Source: Thermoproteota archaeon
GTDB taxonomy: Archaea; Thermoproteota; Thermoprotei; Gearchaeales; Gearchaeaceae
Length of the DNA: 64,000 nucleotides
Assembly (NCBI GenBank): GCA_021324265.1
Contig: JAJPJK010000018.1
Coordinates: 5,404 to 69,403, forward strand
Direction: 5' to 3'
Shown here: positions 19,188 to 29,563 of the stretch, in pieces
How positions within the stretch are numbered: the first letter of the stretch is position 1
Layout of the letters: each line of letters opens with the position of its first letter
Program-made: the position numbers and the translations under genes
Notes under the pieces: generated by a model
Database searches by the model: none
What the model saw: only the letters and a program-made list of their open reading frames with translations
Told to the model about the DNA's origin: nothing

Positions 19188-19597
19188 CTCACTATATTAG
19201 GGGGTATATAAAGAGGTGATGGTTTTGTTATGTAGACAATTCCATTTACGTATTGGAAAACTACTATGTTTGAACTCACAGTTCCATAAACGTTCAAAGG
19301 TGAAGGCATTGTTTCATTGATTCCGTAATAAGATATAATAAGGATATTAGTCCCATTGCCTCTAAGATAAACATATTTATTTAAAATTAATGTTATGTTC
19401 TCATTTTTATTATATTTCTGTCCATCATAATATATTTTTTGCAATATGTTTTTTATTTTATAATATATTAAATTAAATTCAAGACTATGATCACTATAAT
19501 AATAGAAGAAGTAAATATTCGAAGATAAAGAAATCAGCAATGCTGAAATGCAAAGCAAAGCAACAGTATTGAGGATCTCGATTATAGCTCTATCCAT
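19184..19597 (-). CDS. Minor pilin-like protein
   Basis: MDRA|IIEILNTVALLCI class III-like N-terminus. Confidence 0.68.
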   Translation of the reverse strand: MDRAIIEILNTVALLCISALLISLSSNIYFFYYYSDHSLEFNLIYYKIKNILQKIYYDGQKYNKNENITLILNKYVYLRGNGTNILIISYYGINETMPSPLNVYGTVSSNIVVFQYVNGIVYITKPSPLYIPPNIVR

Positions 19598-20286
19598 TAT
19601 ACAGCCTGCTGGATCAAGTTCACCTTAATACCTATTAAATAGAAGTTGATTATCGATCTATCATTTATTTTCAAGGAATAAATTGTAGATCCATTGATAT
19701 AGAAGCTCAGCATGAATCCTAGTTGAAATATCCTCGTAAGCGTAACAGCATTCTTTTGTGATTCTATTCTGATCGAATTTTCACCTGTTATTTTTCCTGT
19801 AAAATTGAAATTGAGTATAGATACATAGAAATTATAGATTGTTATGTTTTCTAGCCCAGTTTTGTTTACTTCTATATTCAATGTAGCAATGATAGTTGTG
19901 TTTATTTCCCTAATGGGCTGGGAATTTATAGAATAGAGATCATTTTGGCTGTATTCACATATATTGGAGAGACAAAGCATATACAAGTTCAAGATCCAAC
20001 TAAGCGTTTCGTTGGGCAAGCCTATAGAGAAATTAAAAGCAGTTTTCTGGATGTTTATACTCAATCCTCCAAGATTCAGAATCTTGATGTAATTCTGTTC
20101 ATTCGTAAAATAAATATCATTCAATGTTTCCTTCAGCATTTTCGAAGCTGTTTCAGGATCTATGCTTGCAACCCTACTCGAGTAATCATATTGGTGTGCA
20201 TTAAGGAAACTTAAGATCATGAAGGAAGATATGATCAGTATTGAAACTACGCTTAAGATCTTAATGAGTGTTAATGATATGTTCAT
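19597..20286 (-). CDS. Pilin-like / membrane-anchored surface protein
   Basis: One N-terminal TM helix, Asn-rich beta ectodomain; coupled within the operon. Confidence 0.6.
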   Translation of the reverse strand: MNISLTLIKILSVVSILIISSFMILSFLNAHQYDYSSRVASIDPETASKMLKETLNDIYFTNEQNYIKILNLGGLSINIQKTAFNFSIGLPNETLSWILNLYMLCLSNICEYSQNDLYSINSQPIREINTTIIATLNIEVNKTGLENITIYNFYVSILNFNFTGKITGENSIRIESQKNAVTLTRIFQLGFMLSFYINGSTIYSLKINDRSIINFYLIGIKVNLIQQAV

Positions 20287-21716
20287 GGCCAGCTGTTGTA
20301 GTATAGGATTATGTTTGAATAATCACCTGTTATGAGGATCTCATTTGTACTATTTAGCACAACTTTTATTTCTAGCATATTATATTGGAAGTTTGCTTGT
20401 ATCGCCAATCTTGCATAACCTTGATTGTCTGTCAATGAATAGGATATCGGGACGTTGTCTGCTAGCAAGATGACGGTAGAATTTGGAATGGGACTGAAGT
20501 CACTTAATCTAATTAACTTTATGGTCACGAAATTTTTATCATGAGTCAATACTATGCTTGCAACAGTATCCCATGCTAGGTTTGCTGCATAGCTATTAGG
20601 AATAAGCCCTCCATCATAGTACTGAGGATAGAAGTTCAAGATTCCATACAAAGCTCTAAGTTTATTCACTATAATCCCTTTGTTGAGTGTGAAATTCAAA
20701 TAGCCATTCTTATCGCATGCAGGTGAAGACATGGAAAGCCCCCTTAAGTTTAGGCTTATTACGTTCTCCTTGCCGATCACCATTCCTGAATTATCGGCCC
20801 ATTGAAGAGCAAATTTTACGATATAAGCATCGCTAGTATCGTATATATTTACAACCTTCGGTAATACACCCATGACTTTTACTTCAGTCGAGTTAAAAGC
20901 TGAATATGTGTAATTTTGGGTTGAAAAGGTTGTTCTTATAGTGATCTTAACATTACTGAAGATACTGAGGTATATATAACCAGTCGAATTGGGCAGCCCC
21001 AGTTCATAATTTCCTTCAGGAATCGTTATATTGACAATTAGCGATTTCGAGGGTGTAAACTGTATTGTTTTATTCAATTCAATGGTATCTACAGATGAAA
21101 CTTCACTTCCAAGCCTTTTGAGTATTAGGCTGCTGGTTTTCACCAATGTATTAATTGTTAGATTTCCTTTGCCTAGATAGCTCGTACTAGGGAAATTTAT
21201 AGTAAGTTTAGCCTCAATTTTTATCTTCTCCAGCGGTAGAAAAACCTTTCCAGCTTCATTGTTGATCGCATCCTCGATGGTAATATTTATGCTACTATAG
21301 CTTGAACCTATTTTAGAAACAATGAAATAAAGGCTAGCATAAGCTTTTCCTCCGATGACTTGTATTACATAAAGGTTGCCCGTGAACGTGGCTGTAGTAT
21401 TTGCTGATAAAGGATTTGCGATTTCAATATCATATGAAGCACCCCATGAATTGAAAATGTATCCAGAAGGGAAAATGGCAGTTATTCTATGCTTCCCATA
21501 GGGGTATGCTATTATATCGCCACTTTGATGAAACTGGTTGTCTATATAAACTCCGAAGCCTGAACCTGTTAGCAAGACAATATTGTTTCCAGTCATTGAA
21601 TAAACGCCTATTTTAAGCATAATGCTAGTTGTATCAGCACTTAAACTATGAACATTTGATGGTATGATATATAATAGGATCACCAAAATGAAAATCCAAG
21701 TTTTTAACTTCTTCAT
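20283..21716 (-). CDS. Secreted beta-rich surface protein, putative adhesin
   Basis: Sec signal peptide; PSGYIFNSW repeat-like motif; C-terminal Ig-like ..PIPNSTV..LTDNQGYA; many N-x-S/T sequons. Confidence 0.65.
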   Translation of the reverse strand: MKKLKTWIFILVILLYIIPSNVHSLSADTTSIMLKIGVYSMTGNNIVLLTGSGFGVYIDNQFHQSGDIIAYPYGKHRITAIFPSGYIFNSWGASYDIEIANPLSANTTATFTGNLYVIQVIGGKAYASLYFIVSKIGSSYSSINITIEDAINNEAGKVFLPLEKIKIEAKLTINFPSTSYLGKGNLTINTLVKTSSLILKRLGSEVSSVDTIELNKTIQFTPSKSLIVNITIPEGNYELGLPNSTGYIYLSIFSNVKITIRTTFSTQNYTYSAFNSTEVKVMGVLPKVVNIYDTSDAYIVKFALQWADNSGMVIGKENVISLNLRGLSMSSPACDKNGYLNFTLNKGIIVNKLRALYGILNFYPQYYDGGLIPNSYAANLAWDTVASIVLTHDKNFVTIKLIRLSDFSPIPNSTVILLADNVPISYSLTDNQGYARLAIQANFQYNMLEIKVVLNSTNEILITGDYSNIILYYNSWP

Positions 21717-21750
21717 CGAAATTCTTTTTTAAATCGCTATTTAAGCCACT
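21717..21750 (-). promoter_or_regulatory. Putative leaderless promoter of the pilus operon (shared motif, copy 2)
   Basis: AGTGGC-TTAAATA-GCGATTTAAAAAAGAATTTCG-ATG; TATA ends 21 nt before the ATG. Confidence 0.6.
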
Positions 21751-21847
21751 GAGAAATTTTGAGATAGAACTAGATGAAGGACTTAAATCTCTTTCTTATT
21801 TAAACCATTGAGAAGTTTTATAATCGATCTTCAATAATAAAAAATAA

Positions 21848-21933
21848 GCGGGGGTACCCGAGCCAGGTCAAAGGGGCAAGCCTGAGGCGCTTGTGCGGTA
21901 AGCGCTGCGTGGGTTCAAATCCCACCCCCCGCA
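21848..21933 (+). tRNA. tRNA-Leu(GAG)
   Basis: GCGGGGG/CCCCCGC acceptor, CAAGC-CT-GAG-GC-GCTTG, long variable arm. Confidence 0.96.
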
Positions 21934-22002
21934 TTTTCTTGTATTCTTTTTAGTAAGGATGATGCGGTAGATTAAAATGTCAATGTGATTATTTTCCTGC
22001 TT

Positions 22003-22734
22003 ATGTATTTTGAAACCTTAAACAAAGTTCCCGAAGATCTGAGGGAAAAGATAAAAGAACTGTATTCCAGCGATCCTTTAACTTACGTTTATCTATATTA
22101 CGACTTAATCACTCCAGAAGAGTCAAAGGATACTGCACTGGCTTTGAATGATGATTCAATGGTTCTTATCTATAGCGGGCTTGGAAGGAATGACATTCTG
22201 CTTTACGGAAATGGAGTAGAACTCATCCCCAATATAGATATACATAATATTCAAACCTTTAATGTTAAGAGGCTTGACCTTCTAGAGAAAAAATTCCCCC
22301 ATATGAAAGCGATAAAATATATCGACATGATATGTGATTCGCCTAGCACTAGCGATGTTGCAGTGAGGCTTGATGAAAAGGACATTGATCAGCTCGTTTT
22401 CATAAAGAAATTGTCCACAGGATCTGGTTCAATCGAAAGGGTAAAGAAAATCCTTAAAAAACCTGTCTTTGGAGTTAAGGTGAAAGAAAAAATTGTTTCC
22501 ATTGGCCAGATATCGGTGAACTTGCCTGAGGTTTGGATCATTGGCGGAGTGTTCACCCTTCCAGAATACAGAGGTATGGGCTATGCTGGTGAAGTTGTGA
22601 AGGCGCTGGCCTGGGAAGCTAGAAGAAATGGAGCCTTGCCACTTCTCCATGTTAGAGAGGATAACCTCCCAGCTATTAGAGCTTATTCAAGAGTAGGCTT
22701 CAAAGAATTGAGAAGGCGATGGTGGCTAGTTTGA
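22003..22734 (+). CDS. GNAT family N-acetyltransferase
   Basis: GVFTLPEYRGMGYA acetyl-CoA motif; NLPAIRAYSRVGF. Confidence 0.9.
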   Translation: MYFETLNKVPEDLREKIKELYSSDPLTYVYLYYDLITPEESKDTALALNDDSMVLIYSGLGRNDILLYGNGVELIPNIDIHNIQTFNVKRLDLLEKKFPHMKAIKYIDMICDSPSTSDVAVRLDEKDIDQLVFIKKLSTGSGSIERVKKILKKPVFGVKVKEKIVSIGQISVNLPEVWIIGGVFTLPEYRGMGYAGEVVKALAWEARRNGALPLLHVREDNLPAIRAYSRVGFKELRRRWWLV

Positions 22735-22800
22735 ACAGCATTCGGGCTTTGAAGATCTTCTGTACTGAATCAATGGATAATAATCCAAGTAAGCCATGTT

Positions 22801-23028
22801 GTGTTATTATTGAAGATGGCCCCACCAAATATAATGAATAAAAGAATTCGATACACAGCTCTCGGTTCTATTTTCGAGTTATCCTCTAATAGAACGGAAT
22901 TGCATTCGATCCATACAGGTTGGAGGGAAGGTAAATGGGAGGAAGCCATGAAATATTTTGAAAATGCATGGACATCTGCGCTTAAGCAGTTCAGAGCAAT
23001 GCACCGAAACAAGTTGGTTCATTCATGA
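22801..23028 (+). pseudogene. Remnant of an SRPBCC/AHSA1-like domain gene (C-terminal part)
   Basis: TELHSIHTGWREGKWEEAMKYFENAWTSAL resembles the SRPBCC C-terminal strand and helix; no intact N-terminus. Confidence 0.5.
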
Positions 23029-23083
23029 TCTCAATTTAGTATTTTAAGATTACTTTTGAGTTTCATAGTCATAGGATTTTCGC

Positions 23084-23464
23084 TTATTCATAAAGTTCGA
23101 TCCATATTCCGTTAGGATCCTGTATGTATATCCATCTAGCAGTATCACTTTTTACTTCCAGAATGGGTTTTATGCCATGCTTGCCAAGAGTTTCGAGGGT
23201 TTTTTCTATATTATCTACCTCGAAGCCTAGATGATCTAACTCTTCTCCAGCGGTATAAGACTTATAAAATTTACTGTTTTCTGGATAGAAATTTAATTCG
23301 AGTATGTTATTTCCTTTGGACGACTTTAGTACTGCGATTTCACCGCCTGTCTCTGCTATTTTAGTTCTGTGAATTAATTCCATCCCAAGCAGTTCTGTAT
23401 AGAAGTATATTGATATATCTAGATTTTTTACCCTTATTCCAGTATAGACAAAATTTGTACCCAT
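23084..23464 (-). CDS. VOC / glyoxalase family protein
   Basis: GIRVKNLDISIYFYTELLGM, LELN, HLGFEV, DPNGIWIEL. Confidence 0.92.
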   Translation of the reverse strand: MGTNFVYTGIRVKNLDISIYFYTELLGMELIHRTKIAETGGEIAVLKSSKGNNILELNFYPENSKFYKSYTAGEELDHLGFEVDNIEKTLETLGKHGIKPILEVKSDTARWIYIQDPNGIWIELYE

Positions 23465-23529
23465 AATGAACTTTAGAAAAAGTCAAAGTATATCTATTTT
23501 GTCGTAGTATTGAGAGGCGTATTTATTGT

Positions 23530-23930
23530 TCCTTCAATGAAAAGCCATGTAGAATTATAAATAACAAAAATCTTCTTTTTCTAAAAGCTTTATTCTAACT
23601 ATATTCCTGAATTTTAAGTACAATCTATAAATAGAGAAAGTAAAGAATGTAGAAAACCATACATCAAATCTCAAATAACCAAGTAGCTGGGCCTGAATCC
23701 AGAAGAGAGGGGCTTATACAATGCAGAAATTCGCGCCTATTATTAATTGAATGGTTCTTCCGAATTCTAAGGTCTGAATTTTTGGATATTGCACATTCTT
23801 CCCTTTTAGGTGAGCGATAGCTAATGAAATCAATCCTTAAATCACAAAGCACATCAACCATATATCTATTGCAAAAATGGGAGATGCGAAATCCTAAAAG
23901 CCTGTACCAAGCAAAAAGAACATGCTATTA
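23530..23930 (-). pseudogene. Possible decayed membrane-protein gene
   Basis: One minus frame reads MFFLLGTGF*DFASPIFAIDIWLMCFVI*GLISLAIAHL...LIIGANFCIV*APLFW: hydrophobic blocks broken by three stops; boundaries approximate. Confidence 0.3.
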
Positions 23931-24075
23931 ATTTTGATTGTTTGTTTTTCTTTAGGTCGATCACAATTCTCATTCTGTAGTTCATTGAAATGATTGGAAA
24001 TATGGAAGACTATAGCAAGGAAAAATGCTTGGTGTAACCCTGTATTGCTTATAATTTCTGATACTAAATTTTATC

Positions 24076-26558
24076 GTGCAAAGATATAGCGTTGAGATAA
24101 GCGTTGAGAAGGAGTATGATGATCTCCTAGGAGAGAAGATGGTAAATGGTGCAAAGATCGATGTTAAAGAAACCATTTATGAGTTATTCGCTGAGTTTGA
24201 ACCAAAGATAAAGCATGCTTTGTGCAATAGAAGGGCTTGGCTCGATTTAAAGGAAAGTGTAAGAAGAAAAGGTTCCTTACCAGCTTGGGATAGCAAGTTC
24301 GAAGATGCAGATGGAAATATCTTGACTTTCAAGGAGATCGTTCAAGGTCTTATCGATAATTTCCATGGTAAAAATACCACTCTGCGCTGGTGTTTGAACG
24401 AACATGTCCCAATACCAAGCGAAAGTCATCCCTTGAAAAATCCTGGGCTTGAGATAACGGGTCCTTGGCATCCCTTGAGCAGAGCTTTTAATCAGTTGAA
24501 TGCGGATGTAGCTGTAGCTTTCGAAGATGAAGAAGACGCTTCGCCAGCATGGTATGTACCGTATGGTTCGAACGAAAAATATCCCTCTGTTTGGGAGGCC
24601 AGAAGGAATGTTAAAAGAGTAATCGAGGGAAGCATTCCTGAGATTTACTATGAAAAGGGTAAGGAGTACAGGCTTTTAAAACCAAGGAACAAATGGCCCG
24701 CAATATTCCATAGGCTTCCGAGCATTCATCTCTTAGATGAAACTGTAAAAGTTAATGGAAAGCCTGTGCCTGCGATCATCACTTCTCTTGTAATATACGT
24801 GCTCAATAACTATGATAATTTGGCTAAATTAGGTAAGGGAGTTAACTTTTATCTTCCCAAAATTCAATTCCCTCAGGAGGCCCTTATTGTTGAGAAAATG
24901 TTTAGAAGGATTGAAGGGAAGATAGGGGTGAAAAAAGGTACTTTGAAGGTTGCCATTTTGTACGAAGAAGGTATAGCCGGGCTATATTTCCCAGTAATCC
25001 TTTGGATCCTCAGAGAGAGATTGATAAAATCCAGCAATGGAAGATGGGATTATCTAGCGAGCCTCATAGAAATGTGGAAGGATGAAGCGGTCTTTCCAGA
25101 TCCCCAGAATATTACTATGACTTCTCCTAATATGATGGCCTATCAGAGATACAACGCGCTCATGTTGCTCATGGCTGGCATGAAAAACGGAGAACCAGAT
25201 GCTGCACCTGTAGGTGGGATGGCAGCAGTGATGCTTTATCCTAAGACAGATCCCTATGCAAGATATAGATTCAATCAAAAGGCGTTAAGAGATATAAAGC
25301 TGGATAAGCTAAGGGAAAGGCTGATAGGCTTGATATTCGTTTCTGAAGAGAAAATAGATGCGCCTGTAACGCTTGAGGACATACTTCAAGGTAAGTTTAA
25401 AGGAAAACTCTATGACATGTTCAGACAAAGTTGGGTTGCTACGAAAGAAGAATCATATGTTGAGGCCGGCAATGAGCCGCTGAGAGCTAAACTGGAGGAT
25501 CTCCAAGCAATCATAGATAGAAGGGTAGAATACGTAGAAGTTGGCGGTAATAAATTCCCAACCGTAGCCAGTGGTTTGACTCCTGAGGAAAAGGCTCGCT
25601 TCATCAACTTGGGTTTGCTCAACAAAGAAGGCAAGATAACTCCTTGGGTGATACATAGATATTCAATTACGGAGCCTGAGCAACTCTACTCTAAAGAGTT
25701 ATGGAATGGCAAGGATCTGTGGGAAGCCCTATATAGCGTGCCTATGGCGATATTACCATCGAACACATTCAGCATGCATTTTACATGATCGCAAACTATG
25801 GCTTCCAGATCCTCAACGGCAACCTTGCTGCTGCCATCGATGATTACGAACTTAATCAGAGATTCATGAATGATTTAGCTACATATAGAATCTTCGTTAC
25901 TTGGCTCTGGACTTTGCTCAAACACAAAGCTAGGATAACAAGAAATGGCTATTTGAAAGGACCGCAGAGGACAGAAAATGGTGTAATTCTAGCAAAAAAC
26001 CTCATTGAAATATCCAAAGGTACAATTTTCGATGAAGAACTTTTCAAAAAAGTCTGGGAACAGCACTACGAATGGACAAAGATGTTCTATGAAGATTATG
26101 ACAGAATCGTTGCTAAACGCTTAATCGAGTACTTTAAATTAAACCTGAGTAACGAAAGCTTAATGGATGAAATCTTGGCTTCCATCTCTAAGGCATACGC
26201 TGCAGGTCCATTCCTTAATTATTCCTCTGAAGCAGCGGCAAAAGATATTAGCGAGCTTTTAGGGGTTGAGCAAAAAAATGTAGAAGAGATCATAATTCAA
26301 AATGCACCTAGATTTGATAGATCTAAGGCTGATGTAATAATGGATGTGCTTTACAAGCTCTTGCTTTCGAAGAGCTACTTACAGCATAACTCCAGATTCT
26401 TGTTTGCAATAGCGAGCACAGAGCCTACAAAGCAGCGGTTGCTTCTCGATGTCATCTTGAACTATTCTAGAGAAGAAGTATTGAAGAAGGTTGAGCGCGG
26501 AGAGCTTGAAACTGAGATATTACAAATATATGATTACGTATATGATTATAAAGACTAA
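24076..26558 (+). CDS. aceB: Malate synthase, Sulfolobus-type; split by a single-base frameshift near 25740
   Basis: LEITGP, DEEDAS, YLPK, NGRWDY, GGMAA in part 1; MNDLATYRI in part 2; convergent with isocitrate lyase. Confidence 0.88.
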
Positions 26559-27829
26559 AATTGGTGTTTTTCAGTTGACTTCGTCAATGCCTTAAGGACA
26601 GATTTCTTTTCATGAATTACATCTGAAACTTCATCGTAATAATTAACTCCGACGTAGCTTTGATGCTTCACAGCTCTAAATCCTTCTTTTTCAAGCTCAA
26701 ACTCTTTTTGCTGGAATTTAGCATATGCCAACATTCCTTCCTTTAAAATTGCTTTTGCTAGCTCGAACATAGAAGCATTGAGTGAATGGAATCCTGCGAG
26801 TGTAATGAATTGGAACTTATATCCCATCTCTCCAAGCTTGTTCTGGAATGTTGCTATCGTATCAGCATCAAGGTTCTTTAGCCAATTGAAAGAGGGCGAA
26901 AGGTTGTACATTAGTATTTTTCCAGGAAACTTGCTATGTATTGCATCTGCAAATTTCCTCGCTTCCTCAAGATCTGGCTTGGATGTTTCAAACCAAAGCA
27001 TATCGCTATACGGCGCATATGCTAATGCTCTTTCTATGGCCATCTCCAATCCACCTTCTACTTCATAAAATCCTTCCTCAGTTCTACTCGTGCCCGTGAT
27101 GAACTTTGCATCTCTTTCATCTATATCGCTAGTTATGAATTGTGCGCCTATTGCATCAGTTCTAGCAATGATTATCGAAGGAACACCGCATACATCTGCT
27201 GCTAATCTTGCAGCTATAAGCATGCGTATGAATCTACTTGTTGGCACAAGTACCTTACCTCCTAGATGACCGCACCTTCTTTCGCTAGTAGATTGGTCTT
27301 CAAAGTGAACACCCGCTGCACCGGCTTCAATCATTGCTTTCATGAGTTCGAAAGCATGTAAAGGTCCTCCGAAGCCAGCTTCTCCATCGGCAACAATGGG
27401 GATGTAATAATCTATAGCATTTCTTCCTTCAAGCATTTGTATCTGATCTCTTCTTTGAAGCGCCTTTACTATTTTCCTGATAAGGATTGGTGCGCTGTTG
27501 GATGGATAAAGCCCTAGATCAGGATACATATTTCCTGATTCATTATTATCTGCAGCAACTTGCCATCCACTAACATAGATGGCCTTGAGTCCAGCTTCAG
27601 CCATCTGAACAGCTTGGCTACCAGTGAGGGCGCCCAAAGCGGTCACATAGGGCATGCTCGTTAAATATCTCCATAGTTTAATAGAACATACTTTGGAAAC
27701 CGTGTATTCAATCTTTAACGACCCTCTTAGCTTTAGGACATCCTCTGGATTATAGGGCCTAACAATTCCTTTCCATCTCTCTTCCCTCCATTGGTTTTCT
27801 ATTTCTTCCAGTTCTTCTATATTTAGCAT
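26555..27829 (-). CDS. aceA: Isocitrate lyase
   Basis: [47 protein letters not shown]. Confidence 0.97.
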   Translation of the reverse strand: MLNIEELEEIENQWREERWKGIVRPYNPEDVLKLRGSLKIEYTVSKVCSIKLWRYLTSMPYVTALGALTGSQAVQMAEAGLKAIYVSGWQVAADNNESGNMYPDLGLYPSNSAPILIRKIVKALQRRDQIQMLEGRNAIDYYIPIVADGEAGFGGPLHAFELMKAMIEAGAAGVHFEDQSTSERRCGHLGGKVLVPTSRFIRMLIAARLAADVCGVPSIIIARTDAIGAQFITSDIDERDAKFITGTSRTEEGFYEVEGGLEMAIERALAYAPYSDMLWFETSKPDLEEARKFADAIHSKFPGKILMYNLSPSFNWLKNLDADTIATFQNKLGEMGYKFQFITLAGFHSLNASMFELAKAILKEGMLAYAKFQQKEFELEKEGFRAVKHQSYVGVNYYDEVSDVIHEKKSVLKALTKSTEKHQF

Positions 27830-27885
27830 TTTTTTGTCTACAACTTAATACTCCTATTTAACTTTTAGTACTCTTTAATTAGTGC

Positions 27886-28368
27886 TCAAACTTGAACATT
27901 AGCTTCTTCCTTAGCTGTATGCAGTACTAAGCATGTAAGCGTTTTTTCTATTCCCTTCATCCCCCTCAATTCATCTACAACGAATCGACCAATGCTTTCT
28001 ACATCTTTATGCTTAGCTTTTATGAGGATATCCCAGTCTCCGGTTATAATATGGACTTCCTGAATGTTTGGTATTTTACTTATTTGTCTAACAATTTCCC
28101 TCTGGGAAACGCCTTCTGTTTTGGAGAATGAAGCGAAAATGAATGCGGTGACTGGCATACCAAGTTTGGCATGATCAATTATCACAGTATAGTTCTTTAT
28201 TATTCCTGAACTTTCCAGTTTTTTCAACCTTGAATATAATGTAGTAGCAGGAATGCCTATCTTCTTAGCAATTTCCTTTACTGGTCTTCGGCTATCTTCT
28301 TCCAATTCTCTTAGGATCAGCCTGTCTAGCTTGTCAATATTCACGTAATTTTTACGATTTTTCCCCAT
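27886..28368 (-). CDS. Lrp/AsnC family transcriptional regulator
   Basis: DKLDRLILRELEEDSR HTH plus RAM domain (ITGDWDI); true start may be GTG at 28344. Confidence 0.95.
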   Translation of the reverse strand: MGKNRKNYVNIDKLDRLILRELEEDSRRPVKEIAKKIGIPATTLYSRLKKLESSGIIKNYTVIIDHAKLGMPVTAFIFASFSKTEGVSQREIVRQISKIPNIQEVHIITGDWDILIKAKHKDVESIGRFVVDELRGMKGIEKTLTCLVLHTAKEEANVQV

Positions 28369-28408
28369 TTAAATCTGTATTTTTTGTAAAAATTACGAAA
28401 TTTTTTCG
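28344..28408. promoter_or_regulatory. Three 13-bp semi-palindromes, probable Lrp operators
   Basis: CGTAA-TTT-TTACG (28344-28356), TGTAA-AAA-TTACG (28385-28397), CGAAA-TTT-TTTCG (28396-28408) between divergent lrp and asnA. Confidence 0.7.
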
Positions 28409-28444
28409 GAAAATTTTTTATTAACTCCCAATGATGATTGTATT

Positions 28445-29563
28445 ATGTACTCAAAGGTTGAGCAGCAATTCAAGTTTCCAGAGCCAAAGGATTATGCTGA
28501 TGACATCTTCAAGATAGTGAGTAATCCTTTAATGCAAAAAATCTACAAAATATATGATCTCGTAAGTAGCTACATTCGTGAGTTTCTAAACAAGGAAGGC
28601 TTTCAAGAATACAAGGCAGTAATAATTGGTCCTGTAACTGATCCGGGCATAAGAGGTGCAAAACAAGTATCGATAGACTACTACGGTAGAGAATACAAAA
28701 TAATGAGCAGCGCAATATTATATAAACAACTTTTATCGATTGCGAATAAGAGTGCAGGTGGAAGTGGAAAAATCTACTTCTTTGCAGATAACATAAGACT
28801 TGAACCTTTGGAAACTGCTAGTACAGATAGACATCTCGCAGAATTCATACAAGTCGATTTGGAAATATTTGGTGCTGATCATCATGAAGCCATGAATGTT
28901 GCCGAGCGTCTTCTGAGCTATGTTATTGAGCGGGTGAAAAGTAGAGAGGAACTCAAAGAAATCTGGAACTATTTTGAACCTTATCGTTTATCGAGAGGGC
29001 TTAAGAGTCGCAAATCGTTGAAAGAATTCAATCCTCCCTTCAAAAGATATACGCATAAGGAAGCTGTTGATTTCTTAGCAGATTATTTGTCTTCGCATAA
29101 AGAGATATTGGATGAAATGAAGAAGCTCTTCGGTTATAAACCAAAGGAGTTGAGCTATTCTTCAGAGATCCCTTGGGAATATGAATGGTTAATGTCATAC
29201 TTGCATTCAGAGCCTTTCTTTATTCATGATTATCCAAGAGGGTCAAGAGGTTTCTATGATAGGGAATATCCAGACAAGCTTGGTCTGTTGATGGATTTCG
29301 ATTTACTTTATCCAGAGGGCTATGGTGAGGCAGCTTCGGGTGCTGCGAGGGAGTACGAGTTGTCTAAAGTAGTTCAGCGCATGAAGGAGACTGGTGAAAA
29401 GCTTGAAAAATATGCATGGTATTTGGATTTCTTGAAGAAGTATTCAGCTCCTACTGCTGGCTTCGGGATAGGACTGGAAAGACTTGTCCGTTATATTTGT
29501 GGTCTTCCAAGCATATATTTGAGCATACCAACACCTAAAATACCAGGAGTTTATTCTCCTTGA
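28445..29563 (+). CDS. asnA: Archaeal asparagine synthetase A (AsnRS catalytic-core paralogue)
   Basis: Class II aaRS motifs (RLE..RHLAEF, GFGIGLERL) without the anticodon-binding domain. Confidence 0.88.
   Translation: MYSKVEQQFKFPEPKDYADDIFKIVSNPLMQKIYKIYDLVSSYIREFLNKEGFQEYKAVIIGPVTDPGIRGAKQVSIDYYGREYKIMSSAILYKQLLSIANKSAGGSGKIYFFADNIRLEPLETASTDRHLAEFIQVDLEIFGADHHEAMNVAERLLSYVIERVKSREELKEIWNYFEPYRLSRGLKSRKSLKEFNPPFKRYTHKEAVDFLADYLSSHKEILDEMKKLFGYKPKELSYSSEIPWEYEWLMSYLHSEPFFIHDYPRGSRGFYDREYPDKLGLLMDFDLLYPEGYGEAASGAAREYELSKVVQRMKETGEKLEKYAWYLDFLKKYSAPTAGFGIGLERLVRYICGLPSIYLSIPTPKIPGVYSP

Noticed and set aside
21753-21758. AATTTC upstream of the pilus promoter, matching the Sulfolobus UV-response ANTTTC hexamer
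   Set aside because: A degenerate 6-mer in AT-rich DNA, and absent from the equivalent position of the other two shared promoters
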